The translations under genes and the position numbers were made by a program. The notes under the pieces were generated by a model. It made no database searches and was not told where the DNA came from. It worked only from the letters and a program-made list of their open reading frames with translations. A stretch of 64,000 bases of DNA. Origin: the human T2T-CHM13v2.0 reference genome, Homo sapiens. How positions within the stretch are numbered: the first letter of the stretch is position 1; the number at the start of each line of letters is the position of its first letter. Below are positions 39,650-52,010 of the stretch, one piece after another. The stretch is taken from assembly GCF_009914755.1 (NCBI RefSeq), contig NC_060934.1, one strand, 5' to 3'.

Positions 39650-42600
39650 GTTTGGAAACAGTCATTTTGTAGAATCTGCAAAGGGATATTTCTGAGCAAT
39701 TTGAGGCCTATGATGAAAAAGGAAATATATTCACATAAAAACTGGACAGAAACTTTCTGAGAAACATCTCTGTGATGTGTGCTTTCATCTCACAGAGTTG
39801 CAACTTTATATTGATGGAGCAGTTTGAAAAGAGTCATTTGAAGAATCTGCAAATGGATATTTGGACCACTTTGTGGCCTATGGTGAAAAAAGAAATAGCT
39901 TCACATAAAAACTAGACAGAAGAATTCTGAAAAACTTCTTTGTGATGTTTGCATTCATCTCACAGGATTGAACGTTTCTTTTGATTGAGCAGTTTGGAAA
40001 CACTGTTTTTGTAGTATCTGCAAATGGATATTTGGAGCGCTTTGAGGCCTATGGTGAAAAAGGAAATATCTTCACATAAAAACTACACAGAAGCATTCTG
40101 AGAAACTTCTTTGTGCTGTGTGCATTCATCTCACAGTGTTGAACGCTACTTTTTATTGAGCAATTGGGAAACATTCTTTCTGTAGAATCTGCAAGCAGAT
40201 ATTTAGAGCACTTTGAGGCCTATGGTGGAAAGAAAATAGCTTCACATAAAAACTAGACAGAAGCATTTTGAGAAACTTCTTTGTGATTTGTGCATTCCTC
40301 TCACAGAGTTGAACATTTCTTTTGGTTGAGCAGTTTGGTAACTGTCGTCATGTGGAATCTGCAAAGGGATAAATGCGAGCCCATTGAGGGCTGTGGGAAA
40401 TATTAAATATCTTCACATAAAAACTAGACAGAAACATTTTGAGAAACTTCTTTGTGATGTGTGCTTTCCTCTCACAGATTTGAAACTTTCTTTTGATTAA
40501 GCAGTTTGGAAACAGTCTTTTTGTAGAAACTGCAAATGGATATTTGGAGTTCTTTGAGGCCTATGGTGAAAAAGGGAATATCTTCACATAAAAACTAGAC
40601 AGAAGCATTCTGAGAAACTTCTTTGTGATGTGTGCATTCACCTCACAGGGTTGAACCTTTCTTTTGATTGAGCCATTGGGAAACAGTCTTTTTGTACTAT
40701 CTGCAAATGGATATTTGGAGCCCTTTCTGTCATATGGTGAAAAAGGAAATATCTTCACATAAAAACTAGTCAGAAGCATTCTGAAAAACTTCTTTGTGAT
40801 GTTTGCATTGAACTCACAGAGTTGAAACTTTCTTTTCATTGAGCAGTTTGAAACACTCTTTTTGCAGAATCTGCAAGTGGATATTTGGAGGGCTTTGAGG
40901 CCTATGTTGGAAAAGGAAATATCTTCAAATAAAAACTAGACAGAAGCATTCTGAGAAACTTCCTTGTGATGTGTGCCTTCATCACACAGAGTTGAACCTT
41001 TCATTTGATTCAGCACTTTGGAAACAGTCGTTTTGTAGAATCTGCAAAGGAATATTTGTGACCCTTTTGTGGCCTATGGGGAAAGAGAAATATCTTCACA
41101 AAAAAAACTAGACAGAAGATTTCTGAGAAGCTTCTTTGTGATGCCTGATTTCATCTCACAGAATTGAACATTTCTTTTGACCGAGCAGTTTGGAAACACT
41201 CTTTATTTAGTATCTGCAGAGGGATATTTTCGAGCCGTTTAATGCCTATGGTGAAAATGGAAACATCTTCACATAAAAACTAGACAGGAACTTTCTGAGA
41301 AACTTCTTTGTGATGTGAGCATTCATCTCACAGAGTTGTGCTTTTCTTTTGAATGAGCAGTTTGAAAACTGTCTTTTTGTATTATCTGCAAATGGATATT
41401 TGGAGCGCTTTGATGCCTATGGTAATAAAGGAAATATCTACACATAAAAACTAGACAGAAGCATTCTGAGACACTTCTTTGTGATGAGTGAAATCAAATC
41501 AGAGTGTTGAACATCTCTTTGATTATGCAGTTTGGAAACAGTCTTTTGGTAGAATCTGCAGAGAAATATTTGTGAGCCCATTGAGGCCTATGGGGAAATA
41601 GGAAATATCTTCCAATAAAACGTAGACAGAAAGTTGCTGAGAAACTTCTTTGCGATGTGTGCTTTCATCTCACAGAGGTGAAACTTTCTTTTGTTTGAGC
41701 AGTTTGGAAACAGTCTCTTTGTAGAATCTGCAAATTGATATTTGGAGCACTTTGAGGCCTATGGTGGAAAAGGGAATATCTTCACATAAAAACGAGACAA
41801 AATCATTCTGAGGAACTTCTTTGTGATGTGTGCATTCATGTCACAGAGCTGAACATCTCTTTTGATTGACCAGTTTGGAAGCCATCATTTTGTAGAATCT
41901 GGAGAGTTATATTTGTTAGCCCTTTGAGGCCTATGAGGAAATAGGAAATATCTTCACATAAATAATACGCAGAAATTTTCTGAGAAGCTCCTTTGTAATG
42001 TGTGCTTTTATCTCACAGAGTTGAAATTTTCTTTTCATTAAGCAGTTTGGAAACAGTCTTTTTGTAGAATCTGTAAATGTATATTTGCAGCACTTTGAGG
42101 ACTATGGTGAAAAAGGAATTATCTTCACATAAAAATCAGAAAGAAGCATTCTGAGAAACTACTTTGTGATGTGTGCATTCATCTCACAGAGTTGAACCTT
42201 TCTATTCATTGAGTTGTTTGGAAAAACGCTTTTGGTAGAATCTGCAAGTGGATATTTGAAGCGCTTTGAGGCCTATGGTGGAGAAGGAAATATCACCACA
42301 TAAAAACTATACAGAAGCATTTGGAGAAACTTCTTTGGATGTGTGCATTCATCTCACAGTGTTGAACCTTTCTTTTCATTGAGCAGTTTTGAAACATTTT
42401 TTGTAGAATCTGCAAGTGGATATTTGTATCGCTTTGAGGCCTATGGTGGAAAATGAAATATCTTCACATAAAAACGAGACAGAAGCATTCTGAGAAACAT
42501 CTTTGTGATGTGTGCACTTATCTCACAGAGTTAAAATTTTCTTTTGACTGAGCATATTGGAAAGACTCGTTTAGTAGAATCAGCAAAGGGAATTTGTGAC

Positions 42601-44750
42601 CCCATTGAGGCCTATGGGGAAACAGGAAATATCTTCACATGAAAACTAGACAAAAATTTTCTGAGAAACTCATTTGTGATGTGTGCTTTCATGTCACAGA
42701 GTTGAAACTTCCTTTTTAATGAGCATTTTCGAAACAGTCTTTATGTAGAATCTGCAAATGGATATTTGGAGCACTTTGAGGCATACGGTGTGAAAGGAAA
42801 CATTTTCAAATAATAACTAGGCAGAAGCATACTGAGAAACTTCTTTGTGATGTGTGCATTTATCTCACAGAGTTGAAACATTCTTTTGATTGAGCAGTTT
42901 GGATACACACTGTTGTAGAATATGTAAGTGGATATTTGGAGCACTTTGAGGCCTACGAAGGAAAAGGAAATATCTTCAAATAAAAACTAAACAGAAGCAT
43001 TCTTAGAAACTTCTTTGTGATGTGTGCATTCATCTCAGATAATTTAAACTTTCTTTTTATTGAGCAGTTTTGAAACACTCTTTTTGTAAAATCTGCAAGT
43101 GGATATTTGGAGTGCTTTGAGGCCTATGGTGTATGAGGAAATATGTTAACATAAAAACTAGAAAGAAACATTCTGAGAAACTTCTTTGTGATGTGGGCAT
43201 ACATCTCAGGGAGTTTAACATTTATTTTGGTTGAGCATTTTGGAAACAGTCGTTTTGTAGAAGTGCAAAGCGAAAATTGTGAGCCCATTGAGGACTACGT
43301 GGAAACAGGAAATATCTTCACATAAAACCTAGGCAGAAACTTTGTGAGAAACTTCTTTGTGATGTGTGCTTTCATCTCACAGAGTTGAACCTTTCTTTTG
43401 ATTGAGCAGTTTGGAAACAGTCTTTTTGTAGAATCTGCAAATGGAAATTTGGAGTGCTTAGAGGTCTATGATGAAAAAGGAAATATTTTCACATAAAAAC
43501 TAGACAGAAGCATTCCAAGAAAATTCTTCATGATATGTGCATTCATCTCACAGAGTTGAACCTTTCTTTTGATTGAGCAGTTGGGAAACAGTGTTTTTGT
43601 AGTATCTGCACATGGATATTTGGAGCACTTTGATGCCTATTTTGAAAAAGGAAATATCTTCATATAAAAACTAGACAGAAGCATTCTGAGAAACTCCTTT
43701 GTGGTGTGTGCATTCATCACATAGTTGAACCTTTTTTTTTGATTCAGCAGTTTTGAAACGCTCTTTTTGTAGCAACTGCAGGTGGATATCTGTAGTGCTT
43801 TGAGGCCTGTGGTGGAATGGGAATTATCTTCCCATAAATACTAGACAGAAGCATTCTGAGAAACTTCTTTGTGATGTGTGTGTTCTTCTCACAGAGTTAA
43901 ACATTTTTTTTGATTCAGCAGATTGGAAACAGTCATTTGGTAGAATCTGCAAAGGGATACTTGTGAGCCCATTGAGGCCTATGGGGAAATAGGAAATATC
44001 TTCATATAAAAACCAGATGGAAGCATTCTGAGAAACTTCTTAGTGATTGGTGCTTTCCTCTACCAGAGTTGAACTTTTCCTTTCTTTGAGAAGATTGGAA
44101 AAAGCCTTTTTGTGTAATCTGCAAGTGGATATTTGGAGTGCTTTGAGGCCTATGGTGGAAAAGAAAATATCTTCACATAAAAAATAGAAGCATTCTGAGA
44201 AACTTCTTCATGATGTTTCCATTCATGACCCAGAGTTGAACCTTTCTTTTGATTGAGCAGTTTTGAAACAGGCTTTATGTAGAATCTGCAAGTGGATATT
44301 TGGAGCGCTTTGAGGCCTATGGTGGAAAGGAATTATCTTCACATAAAAACAGGGCAGAAGCATTCTGAGAAACTTCTTCATGATGTATGCATTCATCTCA
44401 CAGAGTTGAACATTTCTTTTGATTGAACTGCTTGGAAACAGTCATTTTGTAGAATATGCAAAGAGATGTTTGTTAGCCCTTTGAGGCCTATCATGTAATA
44501 GGACATAACTTCACATAAAAACTAGACAGACTCATTCTGAGAAACTGCTTTGTGATGTGTGCAATTCATCTCACAGTGTTGAACTTTCTTTTGATTGAGC
44601 AGTTTTGAAACAATCTTTTTGTAGTATCTGCAAATGGATATTTGGAGCACTTTGAGGCTTTCAGTGGAAAAGGAAATATCTTCACATGAAAACTAGACAG
44701 AAGCTTTTTGAGAAACTTATTTGTGACATGTGTATTCATCTCACACAGCT
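39650..44750 (+). repeat. Alpha satellite island Z with vestigial ~4-monomer periodicity (~30 monomers)
   Basis: CAGAAGCATTCTG and AA(A/G)TGGATATTTGGAGC monomers, plus a marker GTGAGCCCATTGAGGCCTATGGGGAAATAGG recurring mostly every ~680 bp. Boundaries approximate. Confidence 0.8.
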
Positions 44751-47700
44751 AAGAGCAGTTTTGACACACTCTTTTTGTAGAATATGCAAAGGGATATTCC
44801 AGAGCAGTTTGAGGCCTATGGTGAAACAGGAAATATCTTCATATAAAAACTAGACAGAATCTTTCTGAGAAACATCTTTATGATGTGTGCATTCATCTCA
44901 AAGAGTTGAAATTTTCTTTTGATTGAGCAGTTTGGAAACAGTGTTTGTTTAGAATCTGCAATGGGATATTTCTGATCGGTTTGAGGCCTATGGTGAAAAA
45001 GGAAATATCTTCACTTAAAACTGGACAGAAGATTTCTGAGAAACTTCTTTGTAATGAGTGCATTCATCTCAAAGAGTTGTAACTTTCTTTTGATTGAGCA
45101 GTTTGGAAAAAGTCATTTCATAAAATCTGCAATGGAATATTTGAGGGCGTGTTGAATCTTATGTTGAAAAAGGAAATATCTTCAAAAAAAAACTAGACAG
45201 AAGGTTTCTGAGAAACAACTTTTTGATGCGTGCATTCCTCTCACAGAGTTGAAGCTTTTTTTTTGATTGAGCGGTTTGGAAAAAGTCTTTATGTAGAAAC
45301 TGCAAAGGGATATTTCTGAACTGTTTGAGACATATGGTGAAAAAGGAATTATCTTCACAAAGAAATAGACAGAAGCTTTCTGAGAAACTTCTTTGTGATG
45401 TGTGCAATCATCTCACAGAGTTGAACCTTACTTTTGATTGAACAGTTTGGAAAGAGTCTTTTTGTAGTCTGCAAATGGGTATTTGGGAGACTTTTGAGGC
45501 CTGTGGTGAAAATGGGAATATCCTCACATAAACACTAGACAGAAGCTTTTGACGAACTTCTTTTTGATGTGTGCATTCATCTCACAGAGTTGAATTTTTA
45601 TTTTGATTGAGCAGTTTGGAAACATTCTCTTTGTGGATTCTGCAAAGGGACACTTGGGGGCGCTTTGATGCCTATGGTGGAAAACCAAATATCTTTGCAT
45701 AAAAACTAGAGAGAAGCTTTCTGAGAATATTCTTTGTCATGAGTGCATTCACCTCACAGATTTGAGACTTTCTTATGACTGAGCAGTTTGTAAACAGTTT
45801 TTTCCAGAATCTAAAAAGGGATATTTGGGAGCCCTTTGAGGCCTATGGTGAAAAAGGGAATATCTTCACATAAAAACTAGACAGAAGGTTTCTGAGAAAC
45901 TTCTTTGTGATGTGTGCACGCATCTCACAGAGTTGAACCTTCCTTTTGATTGAGCAGTTTGGAAACAGTCTTTTTCTATAATCTGCAAGGGGATATTTCT
46001 GAGTATTTTGAGGCCTACGGTGAGTAAGGAAGTATCTTCACATAAAAACTAGACAGAAATTTTCTGGGAAACTTCTTAGTGATGCATGCATTCAACTGAC
46101 AGAGTTAAACTTTATTTTTGAATGAGCAGTTTGGAAACAGTATTTTTGTAAAATCTGCAAAGGGATATTTTGGATCCCTTTGAGGCCTATGGTGAAAAAG
46201 GAAATATCTTCACATAAAAACTAGACAGAAGGTTTCTGAGAAACTTCTTTGTGTTGTGTGCATTCATCTCAAAGAGTTCAACCTTTCTTTTGATTGAGCA
46301 GTTTGGAAACAGTCTTTTTGTAGAATGTGCAAAGGGACATATCTGAGCGATTTGAGGCCTATGGCAGAAGAGGAAATATCTACATATAAAAATTAGACAG
46401 AAGCTTTCTGAGAAACCTCGTTCTGATGTCTGCATTCATCTCACAGAGGTGAAACTTTCTTTTGATTGCCCAGTTTGGAAACAGTGTCTTTGTAGAATCT
46501 GCAAGGGGATGTTTCGGAGCCCTTTGGGGCCTATGTTGAAAAAGGAAATATTTTCACATAAAAACTAGCCAGAAAGTTTCTGAGAAACTTCTTTGTGATG
46601 CGGCCATTTATCTCACAGAGTTGAATCTTTCTTTTGATTGAGTAGTTTTGAAACAGTCTTTTTTGCAGAATTTGCAAAGGGATATTTCTGAGCGGTTTGA
46701 GGCCTATGGTGAAAAAGGAAATATATTCATATAAAAAGCAGACAGAAGTTTTCTGGATACTGTTTTGTGATGTATGCTTTCTCACAGAACTGAAACTTTC
46801 TTTTGATTGAGCAGTTTGGAAACAGTCTTTTTGCAGAATCTGCAAAGGGATATTTCTGAGCAGTTTGAGGCCTATGGTGAAAAAGGAAATATCCTCACAT
46901 AAAAAGTAGACAGAAGATTTCTGAGAAACTTCCTTATAATGAGTGCATTCATCTCAGAGAGTTGAACCTTTCTTTTGATTGATGAGTTTGGAAACAGTCT
47001 TTTTGTAGAAACTGCAAAGAGATATTTCTGAGCTATGTGAGGCCTATGGTAAAAAAGGAAATATCTTCAAAAAAATAGACAGAATCTTTTTGATAAACTT
47101 CTTTGTGATGTGTGCCTTCATCTCTCAGAGTTGAACCTTACTTTTGATGGAACAGTTTGGAAACAGTCTTTGCATAGAATGTGCAAAGGGGTGTTTGGGA
47201 GTGCTTGGAGACCTATGTTGAAAAGGGAAATATCTTCACATAAAAGCTAGATAGAAGCTTTCTGAGTAACTTCTTACTGATGTGTGCATTCATCTCACAG
47301 AGTTGAACCTTTTTTTTGATTGAGCAGTTCAGAAACAGTCTTTTTATAGAATCTGCAATGGGATATTTATTTGGGAGCCCTTTGAGGCCTATGGTGAAAA
47401 AGGAATATCTTCAGATAAACACTAGACAGAAGCTTTCTGAGAAACTTCTTTGTGGTGTGTGCCTTCATCTCACAGAGTTGAAACTTTCTTTTGATTGAGC
47501 AGTTTGGAAACCATATTTTTCTAGAATCTGCAAAGGGATATTTCTGAGCGATTTGAGGTCTATGGTGAAAAAGGAAATATATTCACATAAAAACTAGACA
47601 GAAGCTTTCTGAGAAACTTTTTTTGTGATGTGTGCATTCGTCTCACAGATTTCAACTTTTCTTTTTGATTGAGCAGTTTGGAAACAGTCATTTTCTAGAA

Positions 47701-50700
47701 TGTGCAAAGGGATATATCTGAGCGGCTTGAGTCCTATGGTGAAAAGGGAAATATCTTCACTTAAAAACTAGACAGAAGAGTTCTGAGAAACTTCTTTGTG
47801 ATGTTTGCATTCAACTCACAGAGTTGAACATTTCTTTTGATTGAGCAGTTTGGAAACAGTCTTTTTAACGAATCTGCAAAGGGATATTTGGGATCTCTTT
47901 GAGGCCTATGGTGAAAAAGGGAATATCTTCACATTAAAACTAGACAGAAGCTTTCTGAGAAACTTCTTTGTGATGAGTGCATTCATCTCACAGAGATGAA
48001 ACTTTCTTTTGATTAAACAGTTTGAAACAGTGTTTTCCTAGAATCTGCAAAGGGATATTTCTGATTGGTTGGAGGCCTATGGTGAAAAAGGAAATATCTT
48101 CACATGAAAACTAGAGAGAAATTTCTTAGGAAATTCTGTGTGATGTGTGCATTCATCTCACAGAGTTGACCCTTTCTTGTGATTGAGCAGTTTGGAAACA
48201 GTCTTATCACAGAATCTGCAAAGGGATATTTCGGAGACCTTGGAGGAATATGGTGAAAAAGCAAATATCTTCATATAAAAATTGGACAGAAGCTTCTGAG
48301 AAACTTATGATGTGTGCATTCATCTCACAGGTTTGAACCTTTCTTTTGATTGAGCAGTTGGGAATCAGTCCTTTTCTAGAATCTGCAAAGGGTTATTTCT
48401 GAGTGGTTTGAGGCCTATGGTGAAAAAGGAAATATATTTACATCAAAAGTAGACAGAAGCTTTCTGAGAAACTCCTTTGTGATGTGTACATTCAATTCAC
48501 AAAGTTGAACCTTTCTTTTGATTAAGCAGTTTGGAAACAGTCTTTTTATAGAAGGTGCAAAAAGGTTATTTCAGATCCTTTTGAGGCCTATGCTGAAAAA
48601 GTAATATCTTTATATAAAAAATAGACAGACGTGTTTTGAGAATCTTCTTTGTGATGATTGTATTCATCTCATAGATTTGAACCTTTATTTTGATTGAGCA
48701 GTTTGGAAACAGTCTTTTTCTAGAATCTGCAAAGGGATATTTCTGAGCAGTTTGAGGCCTATGGTGAAAAAGGAAATATCTTCACATAAAAACTAGACAG
48801 AAGCTTTCTCAGAAATTTCTTTGTGATGTGTGCATTCATCTCACAGAGTTGAAACTTTCTTTTGATTGAGCAGTTTGGAAGCCATCTTTTTGTAGGGTCT
48901 GCAATGGGATATTTGGGATCCCTTCAGGACTATGGTGAAAAAGGAAATGTCTTTACATAAAAACTAGACAAGACCTTTCTGAGAAACTTCTTTGTGATGA
49001 GTGCATTCATCCCACAGAGTTGAAACTTTCTTTTGATTAAGCAGTTTGGAAAAAGTGTTTTTCTAGAATATGCAAAGGGATATTTCTGAGTGGTTTGAGG
49101 CCTATGGTGAAAAAGGAAATATCTTCACATGAAAACTAGTCAGAAGTTTCTTAGGAAATTCTGTGTGATGTGCGAATTCATCTCACAGATTTTACCCTTT
49201 CCTGTGATTGAGCAGCTTGGAAACAGTCTTATCATAGAATCTGCAAAGGGATATTTTGGAGACCTTGGAGGAATATGGTGAAAAAGCAAATATCTTCATA
49301 TAAAAACTGGACAGAAGCTTTCTGAGAAACTTATAATGTGTGCATTCATCTCACAGATTTGAAGCTTTTTTTTGATTGAGCAGTTGGGAATCAGTCTTTT
49401 TCTAGAATCTGCAAAGGGATATTTCTTAGCAGTTTGAGGCGTATGGTGAAAAAGGAAATATATTCACATCAAAAGTAGACAGAAGCTTTCTGAGAAACTT
49501 CTTTGTGATGTGTGCATTCAACTCACAAAGTTGAACCTTTCTTTTGATTGAGCAGTTTGGAAACAGTCTTTTTCTAGAATCTGCAAAGGGATATTTCTGA
49601 GCGGTTTGAGCCCTATGGTGAAAAAAGAAATATCTTCATATAAAAACTACACAGAAGATTTCTCAGAAATTTCTTTGTGATGTGTGCATTCATCTCATGG
49701 AGTTGAAACTTTCTTTTGAGTGAACAGTTTGGAAGACGTCTTTTTGTAGCGTCTGCAATGGGATATTTGGGATCCCTTTAGGCCTATGGTGAAAAAGGGA
49801 ATATCTTCACATAAAAACTAGACAAGACCTTTCTGAAAAACTACTTTGTGATGGGTGCATTCATCTCACAGAGATGAAACTTTTTTTTGGTTGAGCAGTT
49901 TGGAAACAGTCTTTTTGTAGAATCTGCAAGGGGATATTTCTGAGCGGTTTGAGGCATATGGTGAAAAAGGAATTATCTTCACAAAGAAATAGACAGAAGC
50001 TTTCTGAGAAACTGCTGTGTGATGTGTGCATTCATCTTGCAGATTTGAACCTTTCTTTTGATTGAGCAGTTTGTAAACTGTCTTTTTGCAGAATCTGCAA
50101 AGGGATATTGGGACACCATTGAGGCCGATAGTGAAAAAAGGAATATCTTCACATAAAAACTGGACTGAAGGTTTCTGAGAAACTTCTTTGTGATCTGTGC
50201 ATTCATGTCACAGAGTTGAAACATTCTTTTCATTGTGCAGTTTGGAAACAGACTTTTTCTTGAATCTGCAAGGGGATATTTCTGAGCGGTTTGAGGCCTA
50301 TTGTGAAAAATCAAATATCTTCACATAAAAACTAGACGGAGACTTCCTAAGGAACTCCTTTGTGATGTGTGCATTCATCTCACAGAGTAGAACCTTTCTT
50401 TTGATTGAACAGTTTGGAAGCAATCTTTTTTTAGAATCTGCAAAGGGATGTTTGCATTCACTTTGAGGCCTATGGTGAAAAAGGATATCTCTTCACATAA
50501 AAACTAGACAGGAGTATTCTGAGAAAGGATAGTGTGATGTGTGCATTCATCTCACACTGTTGAACCTTTCTTTTGATTGAGCAGTTTTGAAAGAGTCTTT
50601 TTGTAGAATCTGCAAAGGGATATTTGGAAGTCCTTAAAGGCCTGAAAAAGGAAATATCTTTCCATAAAAACTAGACAGAAGCTTTTGGAGAAACTACTTT

Positions 50701-52010
50701 GTGATGAGTGCATTCATTTCATGGAGCTGAATCTTTCTTTTGTTTGAGCAGTTTGGAAACAGTCTTTTTCTAGAATCTGCAAAGGGATATTTCTGTGCAG
50801 TTTGAGGCCTATGGTGAAGTAGGAAAAATCTTCACATAAAAACTACACAGAAGCTTTCTGAGAAACTTCTTTGAATGTGTGCATTCATCTCACAGATTTG
50901 AAGCTTTCTTTTAATTGTGCATTTGGAATCAGTCTTTTTCTAGAATCTGCAAAGGGATATTTCTGAGGATTGAGTCCTATGGTGAACAAGGAATTATCTT
51001 CACATAAAACTACACAGTAACTTTCTGAGAAACTTCTTTGTGATGTGTGCTTTCATCTCACAGAGTTGAATCTTTCTTTTGATTATGCTGTTTGGAAACC
51101 GTTTTTTTCTAGAATCTGCAAAGGGATATTTCTGATCGGTTTGAGGCCTATTGTGAAAAAGGAAGTATCTTCACATAAAAACTGGACAGAATATTTGAGA
51201 GAAACTTCTGTGTGATGTTTGTATTCAACTCACAGAGTTGAACATTTTTTTTGATTACGCAGTTTGGAAAAAGTGTTTTTGAAGAATCTGTAAGGGTATA
51301 TTTGGGATCCCTTTGAAGCCTATGGTGAATAAGGGAATATCTTCACATAAAAACTAGACAGAAGCATTCTGGGAAACTTCTTTGTGATGTGTGCATTCAT
51401 CCACAGAGTTGAAACTTTCTTTTGATTGAGCAGCTTGGGAACAGTCTTTTTCTAGAATCGGCAAGTAAATATTTCTGAGCCCTTTGAGACCTATGTTGAT
51501 AAAGGAAATAACTTCACATAAAATCTAGAGAGAAGGTTTCTGAGAAACTTCTTTGTGACGTGTGCATTCATCTCAAGAGTTGAACCTTTCTTTTGATTGA
51601 GCTGTTTGGAAACAGTCTTTCTGTAGAATCTGCCATGGGATATTTCTGAGCGGTTGAAGCCTGTGGTGAAAAAGGAAGTAACTTCATATTAAAACTAGAC
51701 AGCAGCTTTCTGAGAAAATTCTTTATGATATGTGCATTCATTTCACAGAATTGAACCTTTCTTTTGATACAGTAATTTGGAAACTGTCTTTTTGTAGAAT
51801 CCGCAAAGGGATATTTGGGAGCCCCTTGAGGCCTATGGTGAAAAAGGAAATATCTTCACTTAAAAACTAGACAGAATCTTTCTGAGAAACTTCTTTGTGA
51901 TATTTGCATTCAACTCACAGAGTTGAACATTTCTTTTGATTGAGCAGTTTGGAAACGGTCTTTTTAACGAATCTACAAAGGGATATTTGGGATCTCTTTG
52001 AGGCCTATGG
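44751..52010 (+). repeat. Monomeric alpha satellite, family X resumes (~42 monomers)
   Basis: Return of AAGGGATATTTCTGAG / GGGATCCC / GAAGCTTTC signatures after a short deletion at ~44752. Confidence 0.9.
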
